Assembly (NCBI RefSeq): GCF_963921235.1
Contig: NC_086097.1
Span: forward strand, 94,180,001-94,244,000
Length of the DNA: 64,000 nucleotides
Reading direction: 5' to 3'
Source of the DNA: Mobula hypostoma
Taxonomy: Eukaryota
Made by a program: the position numbers and the translations under genes. The notes below the pieces were generated by a model. The model did not search any database, was not told where the DNA came from, and was given only the letters and a program-made list of their open reading frames with translations. Positions 13,235-25,981 of this stretch are shown piece after piece (positions within the stretch are counted from its first letter, which is position 1; each line of letters starts with the position of its first letter).

Positions 13235-14229
13235 GAATATAGAGCATAGAAACCTACAGCACATTACAGGCTCGTCAGCCCACAGTGTTGTGTCGACCAT
13301 ATAACCTACTCTAGAAACTGCCCAAAATTTCCCTACTGCCTAGCCCTCTATTTTTCTAAGCTCCACGTACCTATCTAAGTGTCTCATAAAAGACCCTACT
13401 GTATCCATCTTCAGCACCATCACCAGCAGTGCATTCCATGCACCCACCACTCTCCATGTGAAGAACTTACCCCTGACACCCCTCTGGACCTACTTGCAAG
13501 CACCTTGAAACTGTGCCCTCTCATGTCAGCCATTTCAGCCCTGGAAGAAAAGCCTCTGTCTATCCACACGATCAATGCCTCTCACTATCTTGTACACCTC
13601 TATCGGGTCACCTCTCATCTTCCATCGCTCCAAGGAGAAAAGGCCAAGTTCACTCAACCTATTTTCATAAGACACACTCTCCAATCCAGGTAACATCTTT
13701 GTAAATCTCCTCTGCACCCTCCCTATAGTTTCCACATCCTTCCTCCAGTGAGGTGACCAGAAGTGAACACAGTACTCCAAGTGGGGTCTGACCAAGGTCT
13801 TATATAGCTGTAACATTACCTCCCGGCACTTGAACTCAGTCCCACGGCTGATGAAGGCCAACACACCATACGCCCTCTAACAACATTGTCAATCTGCACA
13901 GCAGCTTTGAGTGTGTCCTATGGACACGAACCCCAAGATCTCTCTGATCCTCCACACTGACAAGAGTCTTACCAATAATATTATATTCTGCCTTCAAATT
14001 TGACCTTCCAAAATGAACCACTTCACGCTTATCTGGGTTGAACTCCGTCAGCCACTTCTCAGCCCAGTTTTGCTGTAACCTTTGACCCTCCAGACTATCC
14101 ACAACGCTCTCAACCTTTGTGTCATCAGCAAACTTACTAACCCACCCTTCTACTTCCTCATCCAGGTCATCTATAAGAATCACAAAGGGGAGGGGTCCTA
14201 GGATAGATCTCTGTGGAACACCACTGGTC
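13235..14229 (-). mobile_element. CR1 LINE 3' portion inserted in the 5' LTR of the Gypsy element
   Basis: ORFs 13535-13864 and 13836-14183 (KFADDTK, LVRPHLEYC); CATA repeated at both junctions. Confidence 0.9.
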
Positions 14230-15199
14230 CATAATGAATCATTTAAACAAACAAGAATGCTTAATCAAACAATATATTTACAATGTTACTTAAATATTAA
14301 ACACACAACAGAGAGTATATTGACTGGTTGCATCACAGCCTGGTATGGAAACACCAATGCCATTGACTGGAAAATACTACAAAAAGTAGTGGATATGGCC
14401 CAGTCCATCATGAGTAAAGCCCCTCCTCCCTCTCCCCCACATTTACACATAGCTTTGTTGCAGGAAAGAAGAAACCCCAACACAGGACATGCTCTCTTGT
14501 CGCTGCTGCCATCAGGAAGAAGGTACAAGAGCCTCAAAACTCACACCACCAGGTTCAGGAAAGGTTACTGCCCCCAACCATCAGACTCTTGAACCAAAGT
14601 GGATAACTTCACCCAGCTTCACCTGCAACCTATGGACTCAATTTCAAGGACTCTTCATTTCTTATTCTTTATATTCATTGTTTATTTATTATTATTGTTT
14701 CTTTTTTTTCTTACTGTATTTGTACAGTTTGCTGTCCTTTGCACACTGGTTGTTCGCCCTGTTGGGTGCGGTCTTTCATTAATTTTATTATGGTTATTGG
14801 ATTTATTGTCATCAGGAAGAAGGTACAGGAGTCCACAAGAAACTCAGGGTTTAATATGGTGACATATATGTACTTTGATAATAAATTTCCTTTGAATTTT
14901 AGCTCCCTACATTCACATGACAGCACCTGGTCCCTCATTTCACCTAATACGAACCACCCCTCTGGCTGTTTGTGTAACCCTACTGAGAATGCTCTGCACC
15001 TCATTCTGTGACATCCAGTGAGACAACCCACCACCTGCGACTCACATTGACGGCGAGTGAATCATCGGTTTAGTCAGCTCACTACTGAGCTGCTTATCAC
15101 TATTGCCTTTGGACTTGTGCTCCCTTTTGCTACACACCTGAGCCACTCACCATATCATGATCTTGACTTTGTCTCCACACCTCAGAAGAACATTGACCT

Positions 15200-16720
15200 G
15201 CACCATTTTCAAATTAAGTCAAGCTTATTGTTTTGGCACATGTACACTGAAGTACAAGGACAATGGAAAATCTCGCTTTAAGCAACATGCAGATAGAGAC
15301 TGCAGGACAAAGTTGTACATAAGTTACACAGGACAGCGACACAAAAATTGTAAAATAAAACATTAGTGCAAAAAATGCACAATTAGAGAGAAGTGTAGGG
15401 TAGTGCAAAAGCTGGTCCATAGTGCTCTGAAGTTTCCAAAATGGGAAATCAGCTTTAGACTGAGATGTCCTCTGAGGCCTCCCTGACTACCTCCCTCCCC
15501 CTCTCTCTTACCCTCGCTGGTGGTCACTAATTCCTCCACTGACTGCATTTCCTTCAGCAGTGTGATTCAGATCGTGCAGGCTGGTTTGAAAAATGAGTGG
15601 TTGAAAGGAAGTAGCTGTTCTTGGTGTGGAAAATCAGTTTTCTGTACCTCCTGTCTAATGGTAGATCTCAGAAGATGGCATGGTCTGGATGATTGGGATT
15701 TTTGATGATGGTTATTGATGAGAAGATGGCATGGTCTGGATGGTTGCGATTTTTGATGATGGTTATTGATGAGAAGATGGCATGGTCTGGATGATTGGGA
15801 TTTTTGATGATGGTTATTGATGAGAAGATGGCATGGTCTGGATGATTGGGATTTTTGATGATGGTTATTGATGAGAAGATGGCATGGTCTGGATGGTTGC
15901 GATTTTTGATGATGGTTATTGATGAGAAGATGGCATGGTCTGGATGATTGGGATTTTTGATGATGGTTATTGATGAGAAGATGGCATGGTCTGGATGATT
16001 GGGATTTTTGATGATGGTTATTGATGAGAAGATGGCATGGTCTGGATGATTGGGATTTTTGATGATGGTTATTGATGAGAAGATGGCATGGTCTGGATGG
16101 TTGCGATTTTTGATGATGGTTATTGATGAGAAGATGGCATGGTCTGGATGATTGGGATTTTTGATGATGGTTATTGATGAGAAGATGGCATGGTCTGGAT
16201 GATTGGGATTTTTGATGATGGTTATTGATGAGAAGATGGCATGGTCTGGATGGTTGCAATTTTTGATGATGAATATTTCCTCCTTGAGGCAACATCTTAT
16301 GTAGGTTCTACTGATGTTTGGGAGTCATCATGCCCATGATGTATCGGACTGAGTCCACAATTCTCTGTGGCTTCCTTTGTTCCTGCATGTTCCTATTGCC
16401 ATACCAAGCTAAGATGCAACCAGCCACAGTACTTCCAGCAACAAATCTGTGGAGGTTTTCTAGAGCATTTGCTAGACATGCCAAACCTCCTGAATTTCCC
16501 AAGAAAATAAAGATGCTTGTGTACCTTCCTGTGATTGCATCTATGTGCCGTGCAAAGTACAAGTCATCCAATATGTTAAAGAAAGGAACTAAAAGCTCTG
16601 ACCCTTTCCACTGCATTCCTCAGTGTTGACTGGTGCATATTCACTCTCCTTCTCTCATTTAAGTCAACAATCACCTCTTTAGTTTTACTGACAACAAGGA
16701 TATGGAGGGATGGTAAACCA
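15200..16720 (-). mobile_element. Rex1/Babar-like LINE 3' end containing a 51-bp tandem array
   Basis: Minus-strand GCILAWYGN, VSKTKEVIVD and 3' UTR similar to other copies in the window. Confidence 0.65.
15669..16272. repeat. Tandem array, 12 copies of a 51-bp unit
   Basis: Unit GAGAAGATGGCATGGTCTGGATGATTGGGATTTTTGATGATGGTTATTGAT with two variants. Confidence 0.95.
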
Positions 16721-16829
16721 AGGTGGCAGAGGACATTGAATGGGAGCCAACCATAACCTAGCTGAAGGGTGGAGCAGGCTGGAAAAGATGGATGATTCAT
16801 ATCTACTCCTTTCTCCCTCTCCCATGCAG

Positions 16830-16922
16830 CTGAAATCTGTGTACCTGGAGACAACGAGGAGTTCTTGCGAGAGGCAGCCTGCATGAAGGAATTCGACCAC
16901 CCGAACATCATTAAGATTATTG
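16830..16922 (+). CDS. TYRO3: TYRO3-like exon: helix alphaC
   Basis: pyrimidine tract+cag|CT GAA...ATT G|gtgagt; 93 bp; (T)EICVPGDNEEFLREAACMKEFDHPNIIKII(G). Confidence 0.93.
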
Positions 16923-17405
16923 GTGAGTAAGCCAGGGGTAAGGGTGCAGAGGGAAAATGGTAAAGGTGAGCAGACAGAAAACAGTGCCATCTGGTATTTA
17001 GGTGCTAAACCCACTTAAAGGGGCATGCTGTACCACCGACTCTGGGTGGACAGGGCTATGTCACATGACATTCGGCAATCATGTTGCTCTCACGTCCCCC
17101 TCATTGATTTTCTGAGATGTCTACCTCCTGATGCCCACGCTGGGTTGAAGTGAGTCATTCAAACATGGTCTATCAAAAGAGCTTTTCCATTCTACAAAAC
17201 CAAGTGATCAAACAAGGCCTTTTGTCCTGGGTGTGTGCTCATAGCAGGGGCCCTATTCCTGGAGCACTCCCATGTCAGTCCAGGAGAGTTTGCATGGGCA
17301 GGGAAATCCAAGGGCTTTATACTGCCTTAGGCTGGATTTCAGTGCTCAGCAGCCCCGTAGTGAGCAGATACCCCAGATGACATGAAAAATGAATTTTGGA
17401 CAACA

Positions 17406-18155
17406 ACACTCAGTGGCCACTTTATTAGGTGCACCTGTACACCCACTTGTTAATGCAAATATCGAATCAGCCAATCAAGTGGCAGCAACTCAATGCATAA
17501 AAACACGCAGACATGGTCTAGAGTTCTAGTTGTTGTTCAAACCAAACATCAGAATGGGGAAGAAATGTGATCTAAGTGACTTTAAGTATGGAATGATTGT
17601 TGGTGCCAGACAGGGTGGTTTGCGTATCTCAGAATCTGCTGACCTGGGATTTGCATGCACAACAGTCTCTAAAGTTTACAGAGAATGGTGCGCAAAACAA
17701 AAAAAAATCCTGTGAGAGGGAATTCTGTGGGCAAAAACACCTAGTTAATGAGAAGAGAGTGGCCCAACTGGTTCATGCTGACAGGAAGGTGACAGTAACT
17801 CAAACAACCATGCGTTACAACAGTGGTGTGCAGACGAGTATCTCTGAACATATACACGTTGAACCTTGAAGTGGACGGGCTACAGCATCGGAAGACCACA
17901 AACAAACTGCTATGTTTTGTAACTCCAGAAATGAATTGGAACACGCAAGGCTGAGAAATCACGTCTGCTTCACTTCACTTTAGTGAGGCACTCACTTACG
18001 ACGCGGTGGAGTAGTGACGTATGCCATTCACATACTTCATACATATAACCCGTAATGCCAAGAAAGAATGTTTAATCAAATAATATATTTACAATATCAC
18101 TGAAATATTAAATACACTACACATACACTCAGTGGCCACTTTATTGGGTAGAGGA
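17406..18155 (+). mobile_element. Tc1/mariner-derived non-autonomous relic
   Basis: ACACTCAGTGGCCACTTTATT at both ends; paired-HTH remnant KKCDLSDFKYGMIVGARQGGLRISE...TTVSKVYREW. Confidence 0.7.
17908..18121 (-). mobile_element. Solo LTR related to the 10726 LTR family
   Basis: TG(C)TATGTTTTGTAACTCC...AAATACACTACA; 5-bp TSD CAAAC/CATAC. Confidence 0.8.
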
Positions 18156-18279
18156 GTTATATTGTGTTATTTCTTTTGGGTATTTAAATTAACGTGCACC
18201 TTAAGAATCTGTCCTAGCTTGTGTATTTTTAGGTGATTGCAGCTCTACTCTGTCTGCATGTAGTTTGTTCAGGCGAGGT

Positions 18280-18780
18280 GGAGATATGGAGTTGTACAGC
18301 ATGGGAAAAGGCCATTCTGCCCACTGAGCCTATGCTGGACCTTAACACCCGACTGTACGAATCCCAGTTTACTCTCCACACGTTCTCATCGACTCTCCCA
18401 CGTTCTCCCGCTCGCCTTCTCACCAGGGAAAATTAACTGAGGGTGGTTAACCTGCCAACCCACGTAACTTTGGTGTGTGGGTGGAAACCAGAGCACCGGC
18501 TTCTCCCACTCACCTTCTCACAAGGGAAAAATAGTAGGGGGGGGGGCGGTAATGAATCTACAACCCACATATTCTAGTGTGTGTGAGGAAATCAGAGCAC
18601 CGAATTCTCCCACTTGCCTTCTCACAAGGGGGTAATTAATCTTCCAACCCGCGTATCTTTGGTGTGTGGGTGGAAACGGGAGCCCCTGGTAGGAAGCCAG
18701 CAGGGTCACCGGGAGAAGATGCGGGTTCCACACGGGCAGCACCTGAACCTGGGCCACTGTGGCTGCACCACACTGCGGGG
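18280..18780 (-). mobile_element. V-SINE-like element with about three tandem partial duplications
   Basis: Repeated CTTTGGTGTGTGGGTGGAAACC(A)GAGCACC blocks; tRNA-like head near 18740-18780. Confidence 0.5.
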
Positions 18781-19557
18781 GTAGGATGTAAGGGGCAAGT
18801 GGTTGCCCCTGGCAGTTGTGGCTCAGGGGGCAGAACATCTGAGTTAGAAATAGTGACTGCAGGCCTCATCCTGCGGCAGAAAATTCTAGAGCAGTGCTTC
18901 CAGTCCCAATCAGAGAAGAGCAGTGATATCTTCTTCCTGTTGTCTATCTTTCAAAAGCCCCGTATTGGCTGTGATCTGAAAGAGGATTTGAGGGGTAATT
19001 ACTTTTTTTTTACAGACAGGGTGTTTGACAGCTGGAAAGTGCTGCCTGAGGAGGTGGTGGTATTGGATACGATCATTTGGAGAGACATTTCAGTGGGCAA
19101 GGCTTAAAAGGATATGGTCCTAATGGAGGCAAATGGACAAAATGTTGGCCTGGGTGTGTCTGGCTACAGGGGCTTTTTCAATGCTGTACGACTTTCAGGC
19201 TCTAAGACTGTAGGAAGCACATGGAGGTAATCTGGTGCAGAGCAATCCCGCCCATGCGGATAAGGCATTAATCATTGTACACTCGTTAAAAATAGCTTCA
19301 GAAATCAAAGGCATAAAGACTCAAAGACTTTAAAGTAGGCAATTGTCAATCAGATAGACTTAAATTGAGGGACACGTGCACTATTGATGTTAAAGTTAAA
19401 ATTTTAAAAATAAAAGTGCGACCGAGGACTTCCGGGTCATCAAGGGAATGGCGGCGTAAGGAAAAGGTCTCTCGGCCAAAAAGAAGGTAAACTGCCCCAA
19501 AATGGAATTTAGACGAATACTTAATATTGTATAACTATATTAATAAAAGGGGCAAGG

Positions 19558-20534
19558 ATGATGTCTAAGAACAAGATTAAAAAGTCCGCTCCGAAGGCTG
19601 ATAAACGTAAAGAGACGCAGCAAGGCGACGGGCCTAGCTCCCCCACGGCAAGCCAGGACGGAGAGAATGAGGGGGAATCGGTGACTCTGTCTTTGATTCT
19701 CAGAGAGATTCACGAGTTCCGACAAGATAACAGCAAACAGCTGGAAGATATTAAAGGAGAAATAGTAAAAACTAACTCGCGGATAGATGAAGCCGAAGCG
19801 AGGACTGTAGGAATTGAAGAGAAGCTACAAAATACAGAGGAAGTGATAGCAGAAATACTAAAGCTACAAGAGCAACTCCAGTGGAAACTAATAGATCAAG
19901 AAGGCCGCTCAAGAAGGGAAAATGTGAGGATCTACGGAGTTCCTGAAGGTAAACCCGGATTGATGATTCCCTTCATGGAGAAGCTGCTTAGAGAGAACCT
20001 TGATATACTGGCCGCAAAAGACCTACAGATAGAAAGGGCTCACCGTGCATTGGCACCGCAGCCTCCGGCAGGCGTCCAGCCCAGATCGATTCTGATCAGA
20101 TTTCTCAGTTACAGACGAAGGAAGAGGTGCTTAAGTGGGCATGGCAAAAGAAAGGTTTCATGTGGATCAACTGTAAAATCAGTTTAGGCCATGATTACGC
20201 ACCGGGGATTCTTGCCAGAGGGAAGGAATATGTGGAAACACGGAGGGTCCTGAAGGAAAACAACATCAGATTTCAGACCCCGTATCCAGCTCGGCTGAGA
20301 GGCTTTTATGACGAAGGGACAAAAACTTACGCTACAGCGGAGGAGGCAACGTTGGACCTGGCGGACCGGGGACTACCTATTAAAGTTATCACCCAACCGG
20401 AGTCGCTACTGGAGAGGATTCAGCAGAAGTTGTGGCAGCCAGTGTGGCGAGGACGCTCCACACGACCCAGAGTGTCAAACTACAAGGAAAAGCTGCAAAT
20501 ATTCAGACGCGAATATACAGAGAATACAGATTAA
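19558..20534 (+). pseudogene. L1 ORF1p (coiled-coil/RRM), one frameshift near 20115
   Basis: QEGRSRRENVRIYGVPE, IERAHRAL, PRSILIRF, YPARL. Confidence 0.88.
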
Positions 20535-20896
20535 TTAAGAGAAATGACTGAAAAGAGCAATTTGGACTTAAAGGTAAAATGAAAGACGGTATCTGAAAAT
20601 AAACTAGATGGAATAACTTGAATGATAACAATATGGTTGAGACATAAATAGGAGAAAATTCTCTATGATTATTCAAACTGCTGAGGGCCCTCTAACACAG
20701 GGTGAAGATAGAGGTTATCCCTCTGAACTGAAGCGGGTCGGTGCTCAGGCCTTACTGTGGGAAGTCGGGAAAAATTTTCAAATGTTATACGTTCAAAAAT
20801 GTCTAGGGTATGGTTATATGTTTTGGTTTACTGTTGAGAAGGGATTGCTTACTGTTGGTTTAGAAAAGGAGAGTTTTTTTTTTCTACTAGAGAAAA

Positions 20897-23800
20897 ATGC
20901 AAATTGAATTGGTAAAAATAATTTCCTATAATGTTAATGGGGTTTTGAATCCAATTAAAAGAAATAAGATTATGTCTAAATTGAAAAAGTAGAGGGCACA
21001 AATAGCTTTCCTCCAGGAAACACATATGAGCCAATCTGAACATGGAAAATTAAAAAGAATGGGCTTTAAGCATGTATTTTATTCATCATATAAATTGAGC
21101 CACAAAAGAGGGGTAGCTACTTTAATATCAAGTACTCTTAATTATGAACATATTTCAGAGACTCAAGACAAAGATGGAAGATTTGTAAAAATTACAGGAA
21201 GAATGGAAGGTACAGAAATAACATTGCTGAATGTTTATGCTCCTCCAGGTAGTGAATGGTCATTTTATAGACACATTTTTGACCTAATGGTCAGTTTTCA
21301 AGGGGTAGTAATTTGTGGAGGGGATTTTAATATTAGATTAAATCCTATATTAGCTTCTTCAAGAATCGTTACTCAGAATAAACCTCTGACTCGGAAAGTG
21401 AATTCATTGATGGAGGAGTTGGGAATTATAGATGTCTGGAGGGAATTACACCCCACTAGTAAAGATTATACACATTACTCTTTCCCTCATTCAGCCTATT
21501 CAAGGATAGACTATTTCTTTATATTTAATACAGATAGACTCAGGATAAAAAACTGTAATATTGCAACAATTGATCTGTCAGATCATAGCCCAGTCTCTAT
21601 GTCTCTAATCCTGGAAAGGAAAATGAGGAAAACACTACGGAGGTTAAATTCACATATACTCAATAACCCGAAAATAATGGAGAGATTAAGGGGAGAAATC
21701 AAAGAATACCTAGACCTTAATGACATGGGAGAAACATCACCAGTGATCTTATGGGATACATTGAAAGCTGTACTGAGAGGGAAAATTATTTCCATTACCA
21801 CTCACATGAAAAAAATCAATACACAAAAATTAGCAGACCTTCAAGGAAAATTAAAACAACTTCAAGTTGTAGATAGCAACAAAAGTAATTCAAATCGAAA
21901 ACAGGAAATTAGGAAATTGCAAAGTGAAATTGACGATATTTATACATTGGAAACTCAAAGAAATTTTCTTTACCTGAGACAAAAGAATTATGAAGTAGGA
22001 GGTAAATCAGCTAGTTTACTAGCATATAAGTTACGAAAACAACAAGCAGACAATACAATTCATAAAATAAAGAATCCAAAGACAAAGCTTGTGGAGAGTA
22101 CAATAGGGAAAATTCAAGAGAGTTTTGAAACATATTATCGAGAGCTGTATTCCCAACCCCGGGCCCCCAATGAGCCCTATATAGATAAATTTATTGAATT
22201 CTTTAGATCTACCTAAACTTACAGATTTACAAACTGAAAGTTTATTAGAACCAGTAACTGCCAAAGAACTGAACGTGGCCATCTCTAGGTTAAAGGCTGG
22301 AAAGTCCCCGGGTTCTGATGGGTTTACCTCAGAGTGGTACAAATTGCTGAAGTCACAGTTAGCCCCATTACTACTTAACACCTTTAATTGGATTTTACAG
22401 AGAAGAGAAACTCCACCTTCATGGAGAGAAGCGATTGTTTCAATTATTCCTAAAGAGGGTAAAGATAAATTAGAATGTGGCAATTATCGGCCAATTAGTG
22501 TTCTTAATTTAGATTACAAACTATATACATCTATATTAGCATGCAGATTGGAAAAACTCTTACCTGGCCTCATCCATTTAGACCAGACTGGATTTATTCA
22601 ACAAAGACAAACACAGGACAACATAAGGAGAACTCTACACATATTAGAACAGGTTAATAAGAACGAGACAGAGACAATGGTAGGATTAGACGCTGAGAAA
22701 GCTTTTGATTCAGTTAGTTGGGTATTCCTATACAGAGTGTTTGGAAGATTCGACTTTCAAGAAAAGTTTATTAAAGTGATTCAGACTCTATATGACAGCC
22801 CTACAGCTCAAATTAAGATAAATGGGGACCTCTCTGACTCCTTTATTTTAGAGAGAGGCAGTAGACAAGGATGCCCAATTTCTCCTCTTCTTTTTGCGCT
22901 ATATATTGAACCACTTGCCCAACTAATAAGACAGAGCGAAATCGTAAAAGGTATCAAGGTGGCAGGGATTGAACAGAAAGTGGCGTTATTCGCAGATGAT
23001 GTTTTGGTCTATCTGAGTGAACCAGGAAAATCATTTATAGGATTGTTTACACTGTTGGATGACTTTGGGAGAATATCAGGTTATAAAATAAATGTAAAGA
23101 AAACTCAGGTTATGTCCCTAAATTATACACCATCCAAAAAATTGCAGAATACATATGATCTTAAGTAGGAAGCTAAATCATTAAAATATTTAGGAATAAC
23201 CCTGCTGAAGGATCTTTCAATGCTGTCACGGGTAAATTATGGGCCATTAATCTCAGAGATAAAAGCAGATATGCATAGATGGAATCTTATCCCCTTTTTA
23301 AGTTTAAATTCAAGGATAAATACTATAAAAATGAATATCCTTCCTCGGTTACTGTATCTTTTCTGTACTTTACCTGTGGAGGTGGATGATAATCAATTCA
23401 GGGAATGGGACAAATGGATTTCTTGCTTCATTTGGCAAGGAAAGAAACCTAGAATTCGATATAACACTTTACAGTTAGGGAAGGAAGGAGGAGGTATGGT
23501 TCTTCCTTGCCTGAGAAATTATTTTTATGCCTCACAGATAACCCCTCTGTTAGATTGGTGTAATAGGGAATATAAGGCTAGATGGAAGGAAATAGAATTT
23601 GGATTAGTTGACAGTTTTCCTCTGCAGGCCTCAATAGCTGACAAAGGATTGATGGCCCAGTTGGAAAAATTTAAAAACAGTTGGATAAATCTTACATTAA
23701 AAATATGGCAGAAGGTGGTTAATCCATGTGGAATTAATAACATGCTAAAACTCTTCAGATGGTGTGCATATGATACCGAATTCCTTCCCAACAGAGGAGA

Positions 23801-24684
23801 TAAAAGATTTGAATTATGGATAAAGAAAGGTCTTACAACCTACCTCTCATTTATACCTAAAAGAGTATTACAAGGTTTCCAAATCCTGCAGGACAAACAT
23901 GGCCTAGAACACAATGACATTTTTAGGTACCTTCAAGTACGAAATTATGTTAACCAGAGTTGTAGATATACAGACTTATCAACAGTAGAATTAGAATTTT
24001 TCAAGATTCTGAATTCGGCTTGCAGTTCAATACCTAGTAAATCAGTTTTGTCGATTATATAATGCACTCTCCCATGCTAAAATTGTAAACACATTGTATA
24101 TTAAAGAGAAGTGGGAGAAAGAAGCAGGGTTGGTACTTTCAGAGGAGGCTTGGGGGAAAATCTGCAGCTTTCAATGGTCCTGGACTAATTCTTTGACTTG
24201 GAGAGAACATTGTTGGAAAAACATTATAAGATACTTCAAGACCCCATATCAGGAAAAATATAAAGATACAAACGTGACGTGTTGGAGAAAGTGCGGCTCC
24301 AAGGAGGCAAATCATTTCCATATTTTCTGGGATTGCCCTAAATTAAGTCTATATTGGGAAGGTATTCATAGAACATTAGTTAAGGTACTTAGGACCCAGA
24401 TACCTCTAAACTTTGAGACGCTCTATTTGGGGCATGTATTGTTTCTTGAACAGAAGAAAGATATAAAGTTGCTGTAGGCCCTTTTAGCGGCAAGTAAGAA
24501 ATCAATCACTAGAAAGTGACTAAATCCAATACCACCTACATTAGAAGATTGGCACGAAATTATCTTGGAAATATTTAAAATGGAAAAGTTGACTTACTCC
24601 CTGAGAATTCAAAAAGAAAAATTTTATCAAATCTGGAATAAATGGATTGAATATATAACCCCAATGCGAGCAGACTTTAGATGA
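20897..24684 (+). pseudogene. L1 ORF2p (APE endonuclease, RT, Cys-rich C-terminus) with several stops and frameshifts
   Basis: ISYNVNG, FLQETH, GGDFN, YSRIDY, SDHSP; LDAEKAFD, QGCPISP, LFADD; CWRKC..HIFWDC. Confidence 0.9.
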
Positions 24685-25264
24685 CTCTCCTAATGATTTA
24701 TACTGATCTTCTCATCAACACAGTAATATTGCTAACGTAAGCACCCCTAGTCTAAAAGTTTACTGTTTTTGTTTTCTTTTGGAAAATAGAGAATTAACAC
24801 AAGTAAAGGAAAAGATTTGGGAAAGGGATAAAAAATGATAAAATTAAGTAAATAAGTATATAGGGATCAGATAATTATGTTTGGGGGCAGGAGCAAGCAT
24901 GAACAAGTTAGGATATAAACACCTATAATGGTTGTTACATAGGCTTACACACAACATTTTGGACCAGAAGAAGTGATCCAGGAGAGATGTATGGAAACTA
25001 TTACTAATCCACTATTATCACTACTTTCCTTAACAATTAACACCATTACTTAGCCTAATAGATTAGAATTTCTACTGTACATAATTATCTATTTAAGTGT
25101 CTAATTTCCTATTATATCATCTCAATGTGTACTTAAGAAGGTATAAATAATTATAGTTTTATACATATAAAAAATGGAAAAGGTTATACATGTGAAAAAA
25201 GTACATGTGAATTCCTTATCCAAATAAAAATAAAATTTAAAAAAATGAAAATAAAAGTGCTTAA

Positions 25265-25510
25265 GTGTGGCACAGTGGTGCATTTAGTAGAGAACCTGCC
25301 TCACAGCTGTAGAGGCCTGGGTTCAATCCTGACCTCTGTGTGGAGGTTGCACGTTCTTCCTGTGAATCCCCAGATGCCCCTGTTTCCTCTCACGTTCCAA
25401 AAGTGTTGATAGGCTGGCCGGCCACTGTCCGTGGTTTCCAGTGGGCAGGTGGAGTGGTAGAAGCTGGGGAGGAGTTGATGGGAGTGTGCAGAGAGTAAAG
25501 TACATTTGAT
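25265..25510 (+). mobile_element. V-SINE-like element
   Basis: tRNA-like head with GGTTCAATCC B-box, then TGTGTGGAGGTTGCACGTTCTTCCTGTG core. Confidence 0.6.
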
Positions 25511-25981
25511 GCGAGTGGGTGGTTGAGGGGAAATGTGGAGTCAGTGTGCTACAGGGTCAGTTCCCATGTGGAATGTCTCTATCACCTTGTGACTGTGATT
25601 TTAACACAAAAAAAAGAAAAATTAGAACAAAGAGGATAAATCAAACGTCTCAGCTATCTGTGAGGCCCTGCTCTTGCCCTATGTTGCTCTCCCTGCGCGC
25701 GTTCACCCCAGCACTTCTCCACATGGGAGCCACTGGGGAATTGTCGGCAGGCGCTGTGCTTGTGCAGAAGTCCTGATTCTCCTGAGGTAAGCATTTCTCA
25801 GGAAAAAGCAAGGTCACTCTTTCATATGGTTCCATCTGGGTGTCTGTAAAACCAAGGGCCTAACGTTGTTACTGCCCTACTCAATCCAGACACAGTGGGA
25901 GGTGAGCAGTCAACACCTCTGTGGCCTGAAGTCAAGTTATCATTCCTTTTTTCCCACCTTCTGCACCTCTGTGCTTCCTAA

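Larger units (their letters stand above)
10726..14310 (-). mobile_element. Gypsy-type LTR retrotransposon, RT/integrase-deleted, carrying an RBM25 fragment
   Basis: Two related TG...CA LTRs (10726-10974; 13088-14310 split by CR1); TSD GAGAA/GAGAG; PPT AGAGAGGAG (-) at 10975-10983; gag (ERFRFHKWNQKEGESI...LRDHLVCG), Zn-knuckle remnant and protease (IKMELDTG) on the minus strand. Confidence 0.88.
10620..14900 (+). mobile_element. Rex1/Babar-like LINE 3' end, interrupted by the LTR element
   Basis: Piece 10620-10725 continues at 14311: ESILTGCITAWYGN...LLPSGRRYKSLKTHTTRF. Confidence 0.7.
19420..25247 (+). mobile_element. Near full-length L1-clade LINE (defective), sense to the host gene
   Basis: 13-bp TSD AAAATAAAAGTGC (19407-19419, 25248-25260) at a TTTT/AAAA site; ORF1, ORF2, A-rich tail. 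Confidence 0.95.

Noticed and set aside
15567..16295. 242-aa ORF of 17-aa His/Cys-containing repeats
   Set aside because: By-product of a 51-bp tandem array inside a LINE fragment; no splice or promoter support
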